From: an uncultured virus (IMG/VR IMGVR_UViG_3300028833_000080)
Taxonomy: Duplodnaviria; Heunggongvirae; Uroviricota; Caudoviricetes
Virus record (IMG/VR): IMGVR_UViG_3300028833_000080
DNA length: 64,000 nt
Strand: one strand, 5' to 3'
Shown: piece after piece, positions 36,401-47,055 of the stretch
How the letters are laid out: every line of letters starts with the position of its first letter
Position numbering within the stretch: the stretch's first letter is position 1
Notes under the pieces: model-generated
The model's input: only the letters and a program-made list of their open reading frames with translations
Database searches by the model: none
What the model was told of the DNA's origin: nothing
Translations under genes and position numbers: made by a program

Positions 36401-38718
36401 CTAAGTATACCATTTACTACGTTAAAGGCGGGATTCGTCTGAGTAATATCAAACATATCCCAAGCTACTGCATAACCAGATGTAATTCTTTCTCCATCTT
36501 TATATACAATAGGTTCTAATTCAGGTTCATTGAAATCAATTAAACTATTAGAATCTATATCATATATTTTCCAACTATCCCCTGCTATATAAATAGCTTG
36601 AAGCTTCCTTATTCTGCCTAATTCATCTCTTTCACCATAAGCATAATCTTGATAGGTCAACACTGTGGCGTACTTGGATCCATTGGTTCCGCTTTCCCCA
36701 TCCTTAAGGAACTTTGGATTTGTTGACTCCGAAATTTGGTTTCCATCAAAATCTACCTGCAAAAGAATAGTATTATTATTTTTCTTTTTATTAAAAGTTG
36801 GTAATATAATATAATTAATACTACTATTGCCGTATCCAATAATATAATAGTAATCATCGTCTTGTTCTAAAGCATCTAACTGTGCTGTACTATATCCGCT
36901 AAGTTTCATCATAGAGTTTTTAGGAAAACTCCATTTATACTTAACATATAAATACTCTGTTTCATTTAACTCTAATCCATTAGGCTTAAAAACTTTAAAA
37001 GTAATTGGCTTAATGGTTTTTATTTTTGAGGATGCTGGGCCATCATAATTTGCAACTAGCGGAGAATCACCATCTGCATCATATTTATAAAGTACATCCC
37101 CACCTTCAATAGATAAACCATAAGATAAATTTTTTGCAGTGTTTACAATAATTGATGCTGTACCTAAGTTATTTTGAACTACAGTGCTATTTACAATGGT
37201 TTTACTGTAAAAAGTACAATTTATTGTATTTAACTTCTCTAAAATTGAGCAAGGATATAAAATCTCTGTTTCAAAATAATTATCAACCTTATCGTTGTAT
37301 CTTATAATAGTATAAAAATCATTATCTATATAATTGCCATCTTTATCAAATCTCTGCCAAACAGTAGAAAGAGAGATATCTGAAGTAGTTACATCTGTAA
37401 CTCCAGGATAATAAATTTTAGCAATTAATCTTACATTACCAACATTTTCAATAAAAGTATTTTCACCTGTGGCGGTAGCTAATGAGATCTGAATACTAGA
37501 ATTAAGATTTTTTAATCTAACACTTCCGCCAACTACGACAGTATCTTTAGTTAATACACATTTATATCTTAATGTTGATATTACATCAGTATCCTCTACT
37601 GTTAAAGTATGACTATTTGTAATATATTGAAAAGTTTTATTCCCTTCTGCATCATAAGTAATATTAATTTTTTTATTTAAGCACTTCCAACCTAACCCGC
37701 CGAGCGGAAGGTATCCTTCACTTGTAACATTAATTGAACTATCTTCTACAAACCAATAACAATCCCATGAAGAATAGTCTGTTGTTTTTGCATTTACTTT
37801 TAAAAGAGGAGTTAATGTTTTTTTATTTACATATTTTCCATTTAAAAAGTAGTTGCCCTCTGAAGGAACAACAGCAAGATAATATCCTGTAGTATCTGCT
37901 TCAGAAAGAATATCAACCATTTTTACTGATATATCTTTAATATGAATATCATAATTTATATCAGTGCGAGGAGTTGCATACCCAAAATCCTGAACAAAAG
38001 CAGTAATAAATGGAATCCTGTTAATATCATACTCTAAAGTATTATCTATATTATAATATAAATCTTCTTTTTGATATTCATTAAAGGCATAAGGATTACC
38101 TTGCATTGTAGATACATCCATTACATAACTACGCCATACTTCAGAACTATCTCCGCCTGCCGTAGATTGTATAAAAGGAAGATTTAAAATTAAACCATAA
38201 TTTCCTTTAGCCTGATGATCAACATCTATTTCTGTTTTTATATTTGCAGAAAAAACAAAATTTCTATATGTATTTAAATAATCTTTAAAAATAATTCCAA
38301 AATTATTAGTATCTAAATCTAAAGTTTGAGTACTATTTACCCAAGATTTTAAATCAATACTATTTTCATCGCCAAATAAATTACTACTAATAGGAACATA
38401 TATATCAGTTTCAGATTCAGTTACATAATTAGTAGCATCTGCGGAAACTGCCTTAAGAATAATTTTTGTATTATCAAAATTTCCATCTGGAATCAAAATA
38501 TATACAATAGTAGAAGAAGGATAAGATACGTTGCCCAATGAGTACGCATCTTTATATATTGCACCACCATAAGAAATGCTATATTGGTGAGTTCCACTAT
38601 CTAATTCTTCTATTATTTCTCCTTTGATAGTAATGGCGGCATTGGTGCTATCAGCAGCCTTCTTGCTTAAAAGTTGCATGGCTTCTAACATAGACTGTTG
38701 TATTTCATTTGCGCCCAT
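33409..38718 (-). CDS. Large tail tip/central spike protein, 1769 aa
   Basis: Follows the tape measure gene; Ig-like beta domains, a helical insert, and C-terminal GxIGGWxI repeats. Confidence 0.75.
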   Translation of the reverse strand: MGANEIQQSMLEAMQLLSKKAADSTNAAITIKGEIIEELDSGTHQYSISYGGAIYKDAYSLGNVSYPSSTIVYILIPDGNFDNTKIILKAVSADATNYVTESETDIYVPISSNLFGDENSIDLKSWVNSTQTLDLDTNNFGIIFKDYLNTYRNFVFSANIKTEIDVDHQAKGNYGLILNLPFIQSTAGGDSSEVWRSYVMDVSTMQGNPYAFNEYQKEDLYYNIDNTLEYDINRIPFITAFVQDFGYATPRTDINYDIHIKDISVKMVDILSEADTTGYYLAVVPSEGNYFLNGKYVNKKTLTPLLKVNAKTTDYSSWDCYWFVEDSSINVTSEGYLPLGGLGWKCLNKKINITYDAEGNKTFQYITNSHTLTVEDTDVISTLRYKCVLTKDTVVVGGSVRLKNLNSSIQISLATATGENTFIENVGNVRLIAKIYYPGVTDVTTSDISLSTVWQRFDKDGNYIDNDFYTIIRYNDKVDNYFETEILYPCSILEKLNTINCTFYSKTIVNSTVVQNNLGTASIIVNTAKNLSYGLSIEGGDVLYKYDADGDSPLVANYDGPASSKIKTIKPITFKVFKPNGLELNETEYLYVKYKWSFPKNSMMKLSGYSTAQLDALEQDDDYYYIIGYGNSSINYIILPTFNKKKNNNTILLQVDFDGNQISESTNPKFLKDGESGTNGSKYATVLTYQDYAYGERDELGRIRKLQAIYIAGDSWKIYDIDSNSLIDFNEPELEPIVYKDGERITSGYAVAWDMFDITQTNPAFNVVNGILSIRDNWDSATDIYSSIVQCAITITEDSSTNSREVIYAYYPIEVTRLINSSMADNIIPNLDGGFEQVTYTSDGTNPQYDNTNNFECVDNVYNDDAGDYYDYLWSVSDNLKISAGAGTGPSVSIKPVTKFDNGLTKNYVKVSLSMSAAKRQELIDEITNLDSEIITVENKIDFYQHNKSRILDFSQKFEYNIYEEKIKNAKRLFNYRYELLNYIPKLREVLEELNTYCIENNIRISDFNYTRYYTLYNSTLDSVHKNLYLLGYTRELGDISDLANTTIIVDITRLTNNYSAVIAQQVSSYANMWTSLVNKYQEVYVKLVQQSSNQYVLQDEYDELVSFNNDLNDFVHDYDLTYLTTAHDNNDPEQDFVLLKDQLLVLYSQIGDYETGKLISYSSFVNDLLKPINEALEIYKNTEYQERYYENINTQLNETLTELQNKKASDEAYLLPAQSDYIIHIKPIIMLFNRYEMGNINGWDGSKLYVDETNNEYLLAPQVGAGAKKDGLFTGVIMGVKQFNASNTQHIGLFGYGDGVQSFFMNADDGSTIFGKSGSGQIIADPSNSKALLYSSNYWKTYNNDGKPSSYSNTNVNDEGMLIDLSTPEIKFGNGNFKVNSDGHITAKGGGEIAGWKISNTELYSNVAKIDGRVTLDSSGIGKIYSHSHDTLESTNQGFYLSSDGLSIGNSIRVAAEDGGSILVGRLTGSRHWTISGDIDNSYIAYGTTTINTGNNSVYVGTNGISLGTDKFYVDNAGNLTSKAGTIGNWTINSTTLTAGNTTLNSNGTITCSNLEASSSGHIGGWTIGSSSLTAGNTTLSADGTITCTALYASNTGSIGGWSIGGSSLSGGGITLGSGGTITGAGFALSGSGLVLTNPGGASLNWGNGFNVGSDGILRAQGAIISGNITASSGKIGGWNIDSSGLASGSTHIYPNGISIGGLIVPSTGLSFSDVDRTMKNVIDSIPTGTRQATTTFSCYIPTKVTIDGTDYELGGLQYKTYRPTINL

Positions 38719-38749
38719 ACCTTTTAGACCTCCTTTTTCTCTTTATATG

Positions 38750-38791
38750 AATATTTTAAAACAAAAGAAAGCAAATTAATTAGTATTGTCC
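38750..38791 (-). promoter_or_regulatory. Phage-specific tripartite motif, site E
   Basis: GGACAA-tactaat-TAA-N18-AAAATATT. Confidence 0.7.
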
Positions 38792-38810
38792 TGTGGCGGG
38801 AATAGGCAAT

Positions 38811-38865
38811 AAAAAAGTGCGGCTTTAGACTTTTCTAAAATATTTTAGATTTATCTAAAACCGCT
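38811..38865 (-). terminator. Long hairpin terminator after the tape measure gene
   Basis: GCGG-TTTAGA...TCTAAA-CCGC arms with inner TCTAAAA/TTTTAGA; U tract on the minus strand. Confidence 0.6.
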
Positions 38866-38873
38866 TTTCTTTT

Positions 38874-41800
38874 TTATTTTAAATTAGAATTAACAAATTG
38901 TGAGGCAATATTAGGTAAAGTCAAGATAGCCTGTCTAATATCATCTACATTATTTGCATTAGGGAATTCCGCTGTAATATTAAATACATTATCAGTTGAA
39001 TTATTAGTATTACTAATACCAGGCACTGAGCCAACTGAAATATTACCTAGATTATACGCCATAGAGGCCGCCGCCTTAAGTACTGCTCGCTCAATTGAAC
39101 CTGTATCAGATACTAAGCCTCTTATCATACTAATACCAGATAAGAAATTCTCTGTATCTGCTTTATTTAAAACAAGTTCTTTTTCATGGAGTACTGCAAG
39201 TTTGCCAGAATCTCCCCAAGATCCTGTATACCCACCAGTACCAAAAGACCATTTATTACCATATCCAGAGCGTTTAATCCAATCATCTACTTGAGACTCT
39301 GTTCCTCTATATAATTCTACTCCACGACCCATACCTTCAGTGGTTACAATATAAGTTTTTTCAGAAGTGTTCTTACCTCCACCAGAGGTTTTTCCTCCAG
39401 AAACAGTTCCTACATTGCCCATACTACCGATACTAGCTTGTCTTTGAGCTGCACTGTTAGCTTCTCCAACCTTACGTAAGTAAGCATCAATTAAACCAAT
39501 AGTATTCATGATCTCTTGTTGAACGCTTTTCCAAGCAGCGCCAATCTGGTCTACATAAGCTCTTAATTCTTGTAAGTAAGGAATAGAGGAATTAACTAAA
39601 TCAATAGTTTTATCTCTTAAATTATCTGTTTCATATCCAGCATTTCGAATAGCCCCAGTAATTCCTTCCTCGCCAAAATCTCTTTCAACTGCAGCCGCAC
39701 ACCAATCAACAGCTTCTTTATATTTTCTATTAGCTTCTTCAATTGCGTCATATGCTTGAGTTACTTGAACCTTTACACTCCATCCACTATCTTTATTCCA
39801 AAGATCTGCAATGGTTTGTGCTCCGCTAGTCCAATCAGCTCTAGTTTCAGTCATTACTTCTTTAGCTTTATCACCGATTTCTTGGTAATTATCTTTTAAT
39901 TTATCTTCTAATTCCATATAATCATCAATATTAGCATTAATAAGAGTATCAACTAATTCTCGCTCTTTATCGGTCATAGCTTCATAAGCTTCTTCATCTT
40001 GTCTGTAGATCTCAAGAAGTAAAGCAGCTCCAGAAGTAGCTAAGTCATTCCTATAAAGCTGATTTTCTTCAGATAATAATTTATATTGTTCTAAATACCA
40101 TTCTCTTAATTCAAGTAATTTTTGTTGTCTTTCTTCTTCTGTAATTGTATCATCTTCATAAATCTTTTTAGCACTTTCAAGATATTTCTCTTGTAATTCA
40201 GTCAATGCTTCAAGATTAGATTCATACGCATCAGAAGCCAATTGATATAAACTATTGTAAGTATCAAGCAAATCTTGTCTCTTGCTAGCTATATCTTCTT
40301 CATCTGCAACATATTGATAGCTCCAGTTGCCTTGATCATTACGAGTTAACTTCATGCCTGTTTTATTATTTTGAGCATTCTCAAGAGCGATTTCTTTAAG
40401 AGCTATTTGATATCTTAACTCAGCAGCTTTAATATCATACTCAGTTAAATTTTCTTTTTCTCTAAGATAACCAATCTCTTTTTCTCGTAAATTCATTAAC
40501 TTTTGCTGAGCTTTGAGATCACTAGTCGCCGCAATACTTTCACTTATTTTATTGGCAAGATTTTGTACATAGTAAGCACCCTCAACACTATCATAATATT
40601 TATCTGCATTTGCGGCTATACGCTCCCATTGCTCATTAATATGTTCAAGAGAAGAACCAGAAACAAATCTATCAAATTGCTTTAATATATCTGAAACTGT
40701 ATTTAAATAATCTTTTTTAAGTAATTCAATATATTCAATAACTAAATCATTTAATTTCTCTTGGGCAGCCATCCATTTAGAGTAATACTCTTTTTGATCT
40801 TCTTCCCATTCAAGCTGATTCTCCATAGTGGCGCCAGAAGCATCAAATAACTGTCTCCACATATCTACTTGCTGTTTTACAGATTGGATCTGGGCTCCAG
40901 TATTATTTGCCTGCCCGCCATATAATTTTCCGAGTAAACCATACGCTTCGTCGCCATAGAGTAATTCAATTAACTTGCCTTGGAATTCAAGTTCATCATC
41001 AATACGCTCAAATTTATCTAATAAATCATCAAAAGCATCTGATACTTGGTCAATACCATCAATGTAGTTATCCCAAGAGTCTTCCCATAAATCATGTAAT
41101 GCTCTAGATGAATCAAGTAATTTATCATTAAGTTCTTTAAGTTTTTCTTGTGCTTGAGAAACACTTTCAAACATATCAGAACTTCCGCCACCCATAAGTT
41201 TATCAATTTCGCCTGTAACATCATGAACGGCTCCAAAAATTGTACTTAAAGTGCCTTCACTACCCAAATAAGTTTGAGCATCAGTAAGCATTGTTTTTAA
41301 ATCAACTCTTAAATCTTTAAATACTTTCTTAAAATCAGAAGTAACTTCTTTAATAAAGTCATTCCAATCTCTTTCAAGTTCTTTAAAATCTAATTTAAGT
41401 TGAATTTCAACATCCCAAGCTTTAAGATTATTAGCAAGAATATTTCTTCTAATATCATCAAGTTTTTCTTGAGTTTCTTGCATTTCTTTATAGAACAAAT
41501 TATCATAACGTTCAAGGTCTTTCTTAAACTGTTCAAACCTTTGTTCATGAATCTTAAATGCAGCATCGTCAAGTAAACCATTATTATAAGCTTGAATTGC
41601 TTGATTATACTCAGCTAATGCCTGAGCCGTTGCTTGAGCATAATTAATAACTGCGCCAGATGCATCAAATGCAACTCCAGAACTAGCAAGGCTACCTCTC
41701 AACTCTGCAGCTTCCTGTTCTTGAGCTGCTGCTAACTGTTCATAAAGTTGAGATTGATTAGCAAGCATTTCATTCTCTTGTTTAAGTGAACGAATTAACT

Positions 41801-44800
41801 CTTTACCATGTAAGTTTTGTTGGTCTTTATCAATTCTCTTTAAATCTCTATCAATTAAATCAAGAGCCTTATGAATTTCCCAGTAGCGGTCAAATTCATC
41901 TTCAAGCTGTTTAAGTTCTTTTTCTTTAGAAGAGCCACCTGATTTTGAAGAAGACTTGCCTAAGGCGGATTTCATCGAGCTTCCGCCCTTCTTGATTTGA
42001 TCCGCTACACTATCTAATGCAGCTAATTCATTCTTCGCTGCTTTAAGAACATTTTGACCAGCTAAAAATCTATCACTAGTTTCACCATAACTACCAGCAA
42101 TTTCATTTAAAGTATTTGCTAATGTTTGTAAAGTAGGAATAGACTCACTTGCAGTATCTTTTAATTGAGCAGTTGCTAAAGCACTTTGAATAATAGCATT
42201 AGCAGCTTCTAAAGCAGCCTCTCCGGTGTCTAAACTAGCTAAAGCTAATAATTTTTGTTGCGCTGTGCTAAGAATAGTAACTCGCATATCTTCTATTTTA
42301 GCTAAAGCTAATTTTTGGAAATTTTCATCATTTAAAACTAATGTTCCATTTTCTATATCTAAAGATGCAACATATTTATCATCTAACTTAATTAATTCTT
42401 GAACATTATCAAGAGTAAAAGCACCCGTTTTATTATAATCATCTACTATACTAGTTAAAGATTGATAACTAGATTGAATAGAATCCATTGCAGAGCTTTG
42501 GGCTTCTAAGACAGCAGTTAATTTCTGTGCATTTTCTGCATAGTTTTCAGTAAGTTCAACAGTAGAAGCTAATTCATTATTATTTTGTTCTAATAATTTT
42601 TCTAAATTTTTGACTTCATTAGCTTGTTTACCATATAAAATTAACTGTTCTTTAGTGACATTAGCCAAATCTTTTGCTCGTGTAACTAAAGAACTTTCAT
42701 TTGCGTCAAGCTCTTCTCCTGAAGCCATTTTCTGAGCAATTCTGTATAATTCTTCTTTACTCTCTACAAGTTCTTTTTCTCCAGCAATTTGAGAATCAAG
42801 CACACTCTTGGAAATAGCTTGAGCTTTTAATTGAAGATCAATCTGTTCTTTGTAATATTTATTTTCTTCAGTTAATCCTTCAATAGTTGTTTTTTGATAT
42901 TCATTGGCTTGCTTTGTAGCTGCAATCCATGCTAAAGTAATAGCATTCAGTTTCTCATCTTCTGCCATTGCAGAAAAAGATGTTTCAGAAGGAAGAAAAC
43001 CTTTTACTTGTTCATTATTATAAAGTGCGGATTGCTGTTCCCCAGTAATACCTTCTTTTGCTTTATAATTAGATAAAACATTCTTTAATGCAGAGGCGGC
43101 TGTTGCAGTAGCGACATATTCCAACCCCTTTGAATTTTCCATCCACTCTGTAAACTCTTTATCTAAAGTAGCTTGGTCTAAATGTACTTCTAAATATCCT
43201 AATTCAGTATCATTATATTTTTCAAGGTCTTTTAAAATTTCTTCTGGAGCTTTACCAATTTTTTCTGAAATTCTTTCAGCTAAATCTATTTTATTTAATT
43301 CAGAAGCAAATTTTTCAGTTCCTTCAATATATTGATTGATATAATCAGTATAGGAACCTTCTTCTCCACCAAGTTTATTCTGAACCTCTAAAATAGTAGC
43401 ATACAACTCTTGTGCAGATTTAACATTTTCAATATCAACATTTGCAAAAGCTTTTTGAACTTCAATGGTCTTAGTAAGGTCTAATTGCTCTCTGAGTTTA
43501 GCTGTGCTTTCTGCTAACTGGTTTTGCTCTTCTATTAATTCATTATAAAAAGAAAATTTGCTGGCATTTTTTCCGAACTGTTCATCGTAGTACTTAATCA
43601 TAGCATCTACTTGGTCAGCCCATTTTGCCATTGCTTCGGGACTTTCTTTATAATCTATATCAACTACCGCAGTAAAAACGCCTGAGGTGGGATCTGATTC
43701 AACTGCTATTCCCGCTACTTTGAGGGCATCAACCATATCCTGTGATGAGCCATTAACTTCATAGTAATAATGCCCACCTGTTCCCGCAGTTCTGCCCTTG
43801 CCTTCACGAGCACTCTCCGCTGTTGCAATTGCGGCACTTCTAGCTCCTTTTTCTGCTTCACGAAGCTGTTCGTCTAATTCAGCATTTTGTTTTTCTTTAA
43901 TTCGTCTAGTTAATTCTTCATAATTTCCAGCTAAAGCTAAAACTTTGGCTCCTTGAATATCATATGCTTCACCAACTTTAAGAGCTGAATTATATAAATC
44001 ATTAGATACTTCATGTGTTTCTCTATACTGTTGATAAAGTTTATCATAAGAAACATAAAGTTCTTGATTAGCTTTTGCTTCTTCTTGTTTAGCCTGAACA
44101 GACTTAAGAGTTTCTTCAGCCTCTTCTTTTTGCTTTTCATGATAATTATCTATTGCTTTGGTTATAGCAGCAATAGCTGTGATTGCTAAAGCGATTCCAC
44201 CAATCCAAAGAGTCCCTGCAGAAGCTGCAGCTAATTTAGCTTTAACATTCGCCCATAAAGAAACATTTTGTTCTTCAATAACAGTCGTTTCTGCTTTTTT
44301 AGCTAAAGTCGATCTTGCTGTATCTAGAATATCCTGTTCTGTTAATTTTAAACCCTTTTTAGTAGCAAAATTATTTAATAATTGAACAGCTTCTTCTTCT
44401 TTTTGAACATTGATTAAATTCATTGTTCCAAAAGACTCTAATTCATTTAAAGCAATTTTTCTTGTCTGAAGAGCCTCCATGGCTTGGAATGTTTCATTTA
44501 ATTTTTTAAAATTACTAATTGCCATAGGCAATACCATGCCTATTGTCATTAATGATTGAGTAATTTTATCTCCAAAACTAGCCTCTTTATTATTCCATGT
44601 ATCTATTAAAGAATTAACAGACCCCCAAGCCATTGCCATTCCGCCGAGAGCAGAAGTAATAGAAGTAACTCTTTGAGTTACTGTTGATGCAGACTCTGCT
44701 AAGCGAAGCATTTCATTAGCTTCTATTTTTAAATTTTGTTGATGTTCTTGTAAATTGGCAATTTTTTTTCTAGCTTCAGCAACTCTATCTACTGCTTCTA

Positions 44801-46952
44801 GAACTTTTTGATTATCCTGTGCTTCTTCTCTTGTCTTTTTAACTATTTCTTCTGTAATTTGTAAAATTTTTTCCTTATTTTGACCTTCTTTTATTGCATT
44901 TCTAATATCTTTTTGTTTTTCTTCTTCAAGCCCAGAAATAATAGCTTCTATTTGACTGTTTACTTCTAAACTATCTTTTTGAATAGCTAATTCTTCTCTT
45001 AATGCTTTATGTATACTTTGAGTGTCAGCTAATCTATCTTCTATTTCATCATTGATTAAAGAATATTCATCATAAATATTAATTAATTTTTCAGTATCGC
45101 CATTTAAAATATCACTAATTTCTTCACTAGTTAAATCTTGTAACTCTATATTTTCAATTAATTCTTTTGTATAAACAATCTCTTCCTCAAGAGCACCAAT
45201 TTCTTTTTGATAATTAATAAGAGTATTTGCTTGCTCTTGATTTAATCCTAATCTTGCATCATAAATTCTTTGAGATAACTCAATTTGTTTTTGAGTGTTC
45301 GCTTCAATTGCTATTGATCTAGGAGTGTCATCTGCAGCTGCAGCACCTTGTGCTCTAACTTCATTTGCAGTTCTAGCTAATTCAAGATTATTCTTAAATA
45401 CATTAATTCTTTGATTAGCTGCATTAATACCTTCCGCAATCTGTCTATTAAATATATTACTAACAATAGCACCAAAAGCAGTAAGAGATTTAATACCTCC
45501 ACCAAAAGAATCAATAAACTGATCAAATACTTCAACTAAATTAGTTAAAGCTTCAATACCAGTATTAATTTCATCTTCATTAATTGCATCATCATAAAGT
45601 CCCTGCCATGCAGCCTTAAGAGTCTTTAGTTTAGCTGCAGTAGACTCCATATAAATATCTTGCTGATGTTGTAATGTACCCATAGCATCAACTGATGTAT
45701 TTAATGCATCTGTGTACATATCCCAGTTTTCAAATAAAGCAACTAAGTTATTATACTGTCTTTTACCAGCCATAGCAATCGCTGCTGCTTGACGCTGTGC
45801 AGAGGTCCAAGTTTGCCATTTTTCTGCAACTTCCGCCATCACAGAGGACATATCTCTTAAATCGCCATTCTGGTCAAGAATTTGGATTCCCATAGTCTGT
45901 AATTGACTTGAAACTTCACCAAGAGAAACACCAAATTCATCTACTCCATCAACTTTTAAATCACCTAATCTAGCATAAATAGTTTTTAATGCAGTACCAA
46001 CAGACTCAGGGGCTTGTCTTGTTACTGAAACAATAGTAGCAATTTGAGCATTAAGATCATCAAAATCAACACCCATCGCATTGGCGGCAGATGCTACTTT
46101 GCTCATACCTAAGGATAATTCTTCCAAGTCTGCGGCCGTAGTTGCGGCAACTGCTGCCAACTTGTCAACATAAAGCTCAGTCTCCGCAGCGGTAACCTTA
46201 TAACCATTCCATACTGCTGTTAATTGTTCAGAAACTTCTTCACCAGCCTGTCCGGTAATATTGGCAGCTTTAATAGTGGTTTCCGCCCTAGCCTGAGATT
46301 CTTGATCAGATAAACCTTGCTGATAATAAATTAATGCTGCATTAGTATAATCTAATGTGCTAGCACCTAAACTTTTAGCTGCATCATTTGCATCTTGAGC
46401 AAATTGAGCCATACTATCTGCTGATTTATCTGTAACTATTCTAATATTATTTAATGATGTATCTAATTTTCTGCTATATTCATAAGCTTTTGAAATAGAA
46501 TTTGCTAAATTATTAAAAATACTAGAAGATATACCATAACGAACAGTATTTTTAAAAGTGGTAAACATATTATCAAGCAATTTACTTGATTCTCTTAATT
46601 GCTGATTTGTTCCCAAAACAGCCTGAGCTAATCTATTATAGGCATTAGCTCCCATATTTCCAACTTTACTGAAATCATTTTGTATTGTCTTTAATGACAA
46701 TCCGCTTTTAGTTAGCTCCTGATTGAATTTAGTTACATTTAATGTACCTAAATCAGTATTAAAAGTTTTAGATAATATATTATCAAGAGTTGATGCGGTT
46801 TTGGCAGCTTGTTGCCAGCTAGCAGTCATTTTATTCGCTGGCTCTTGAGCTTTAAAAGCAATTTGTTGAAAGAGGGATTGCATTTCAGATAAGCCAGATT
46901 TATCTACATTAAATCCGACTTGGAAATCAATCCTATTTTTCCTACTTGCCAT
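38874..46952 (-). CDS. Tail tape measure protein (TP901-like core), 2692 aa
   Basis: Very long helical ORF; VDKLAAVAATTAAD..ESVGTALKTIYARL..AGKRQYN core; C-terminal FGTGGYTG..AVLHEKELVLN. Confidence 0.92.
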   Translation of the reverse strand: MASRKNRIDFQVGFNVDKSGLSEMQSLFQQIAFKAQEPANKMTASWQQAAKTASTLDNILSKTFNTDLGTLNVTKFNQELTKSGLSLKTIQNDFSKVGNMGANAYNRLAQAVLGTNQQLRESSKLLDNMFTTFKNTVRYGISSSIFNNLANSISKAYEYSRKLDTSLNNIRIVTDKSADSMAQFAQDANDAAKSLGASTLDYTNAALIYYQQGLSDQESQARAETTIKAANITGQAGEEVSEQLTAVWNGYKVTAAETELYVDKLAAVAATTAADLEELSLGMSKVASAANAMGVDFDDLNAQIATIVSVTRQAPESVGTALKTIYARLGDLKVDGVDEFGVSLGEVSSQLQTMGIQILDQNGDLRDMSSVMAEVAEKWQTWTSAQRQAAAIAMAGKRQYNNLVALFENWDMYTDALNTSVDAMGTLQHQQDIYMESTAAKLKTLKAAWQGLYDDAINEDEINTGIEALTNLVEVFDQFIDSFGGGIKSLTAFGAIVSNIFNRQIAEGINAANQRINVFKNNLELARTANEVRAQGAAAADDTPRSIAIEANTQKQIELSQRIYDARLGLNQEQANTLINYQKEIGALEEEIVYTKELIENIELQDLTSEEISDILNGDTEKLINIYDEYSLINDEIEDRLADTQSIHKALREELAIQKDSLEVNSQIEAIISGLEEEKQKDIRNAIKEGQNKEKILQITEEIVKKTREEAQDNQKVLEAVDRVAEARKKIANLQEHQQNLKIEANEMLRLAESASTVTQRVTSITSALGGMAMAWGSVNSLIDTWNNKEASFGDKITQSLMTIGMVLPMAISNFKKLNETFQAMEALQTRKIALNELESFGTMNLINVQKEEEAVQLLNNFATKKGLKLTEQDILDTARSTLAKKAETTVIEEQNVSLWANVKAKLAAASAGTLWIGGIALAITAIAAITKAIDNYHEKQKEEAEETLKSVQAKQEEAKANQELYVSYDKLYQQYRETHEVSNDLYNSALKVGEAYDIQGAKVLALAGNYEELTRRIKEKQNAELDEQLREAEKGARSAAIATAESAREGKGRTAGTGGHYYYEVNGSSQDMVDALKVAGIAVESDPTSGVFTAVVDIDYKESPEAMAKWADQVDAMIKYYDEQFGKNASKFSFYNELIEEQNQLAESTAKLREQLDLTKTIEVQKAFANVDIENVKSAQELYATILEVQNKLGGEEGSYTDYINQYIEGTEKFASELNKIDLAERISEKIGKAPEEILKDLEKYNDTELGYLEVHLDQATLDKEFTEWMENSKGLEYVATATAASALKNVLSNYKAKEGITGEQQSALYNNEQVKGFLPSETSFSAMAEDEKLNAITLAWIAATKQANEYQKTTIEGLTEENKYYKEQIDLQLKAQAISKSVLDSQIAGEKELVESKEELYRIAQKMASGEELDANESSLVTRAKDLANVTKEQLILYGKQANEVKNLEKLLEQNNNELASTVELTENYAENAQKLTAVLEAQSSAMDSIQSSYQSLTSIVDDYNKTGAFTLDNVQELIKLDDKYVASLDIENGTLVLNDENFQKLALAKIEDMRVTILSTAQQKLLALASLDTGEAALEAANAIIQSALATAQLKDTASESIPTLQTLANTLNEIAGSYGETSDRFLAGQNVLKAAKNELAALDSVADQIKKGGSSMKSALGKSSSKSGGSSKEKELKQLEDEFDRYWEIHKALDLIDRDLKRIDKDQQNLHGKELIRSLKQENEMLANQSQLYEQLAAAQEQEAAELRGSLASSGVAFDASGAVINYAQATAQALAEYNQAIQAYNNGLLDDAAFKIHEQRFEQFKKDLERYDNLFYKEMQETQEKLDDIRRNILANNLKAWDVEIQLKLDFKELERDWNDFIKEVTSDFKKVFKDLRVDLKTMLTDAQTYLGSEGTLSTIFGAVHDVTGEIDKLMGGGSSDMFESVSQAQEKLKELNDKLLDSSRALHDLWEDSWDNYIDGIDQVSDAFDDLLDKFERIDDELEFQGKLIELLYGDEAYGLLGKLYGGQANNTGAQIQSVKQQVDMWRQLFDASGATMENQLEWEEDQKEYYSKWMAAQEKLNDLVIEYIELLKKDYLNTVSDILKQFDRFVSGSSLEHINEQWERIAANADKYYDSVEGAYYVQNLANKISESIAATSDLKAQQKLMNLREKEIGYLREKENLTEYDIKAAELRYQIALKEIALENAQNNKTGMKLTRNDQGNWSYQYVADEEDIASKRQDLLDTYNSLYQLASDAYESNLEALTELQEKYLESAKKIYEDDTITEEERQQKLLELREWYLEQYKLLSEENQLYRNDLATSGAALLLEIYRQDEEAYEAMTDKERELVDTLINANIDDYMELEDKLKDNYQEIGDKAKEVMTETRADWTSGAQTIADLWNKDSGWSVKVQVTQAYDAIEEANRKYKEAVDWCAAAVERDFGEEGITGAIRNAGYETDNLRDKTIDLVNSSIPYLQELRAYVDQIGAAWKSVQQEIMNTIGLIDAYLRKVGEANSAAQRQASIGSMGNVGTVSGGKTSGGGKNTSEKTYIVTTEGMGRGVELYRGTESQVDDWIKRSGYGNKWSFGTGGYTGSWGDSGKLAVLHEKELVLNKADTENFLSGISMIRGLVSDTGSIERAVLKAAASMAYNLGNISVGSVPGISNTNNSTDNVFNITAEFPNANNVDDIRQAILTLPNIASQFVNSNLK

Positions 46953-46991
46953 AATCCTTATACCTCCTGTGTAAAATCAAAAAATAACTAT

Positions 46992-47034
46992 AAAAAAATA
47001 GCCTTTGCTATGAATATTTCATAACAAAGGCTAT
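46992..47034 (-). terminator. Terminator hairpin upstream of the tape measure gene
   Basis: ATAGCCTTTG-TATGAA/TTCATA-CAAAGGCTAT stem plus U7 on the minus strand. Confidence 0.75.
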
Positions 47035-47054
47035 AAAATTAATCTATTTTGACC
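47013..47054 (-). promoter_or_regulatory. Phage-specific tripartite motif, site F
   Basis: GGTCAA-aatagat-TAA-N18-GAAATATT; the last box spans the terminator loop. Confidence 0.7.
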
Positions 47055-47055
47055 T

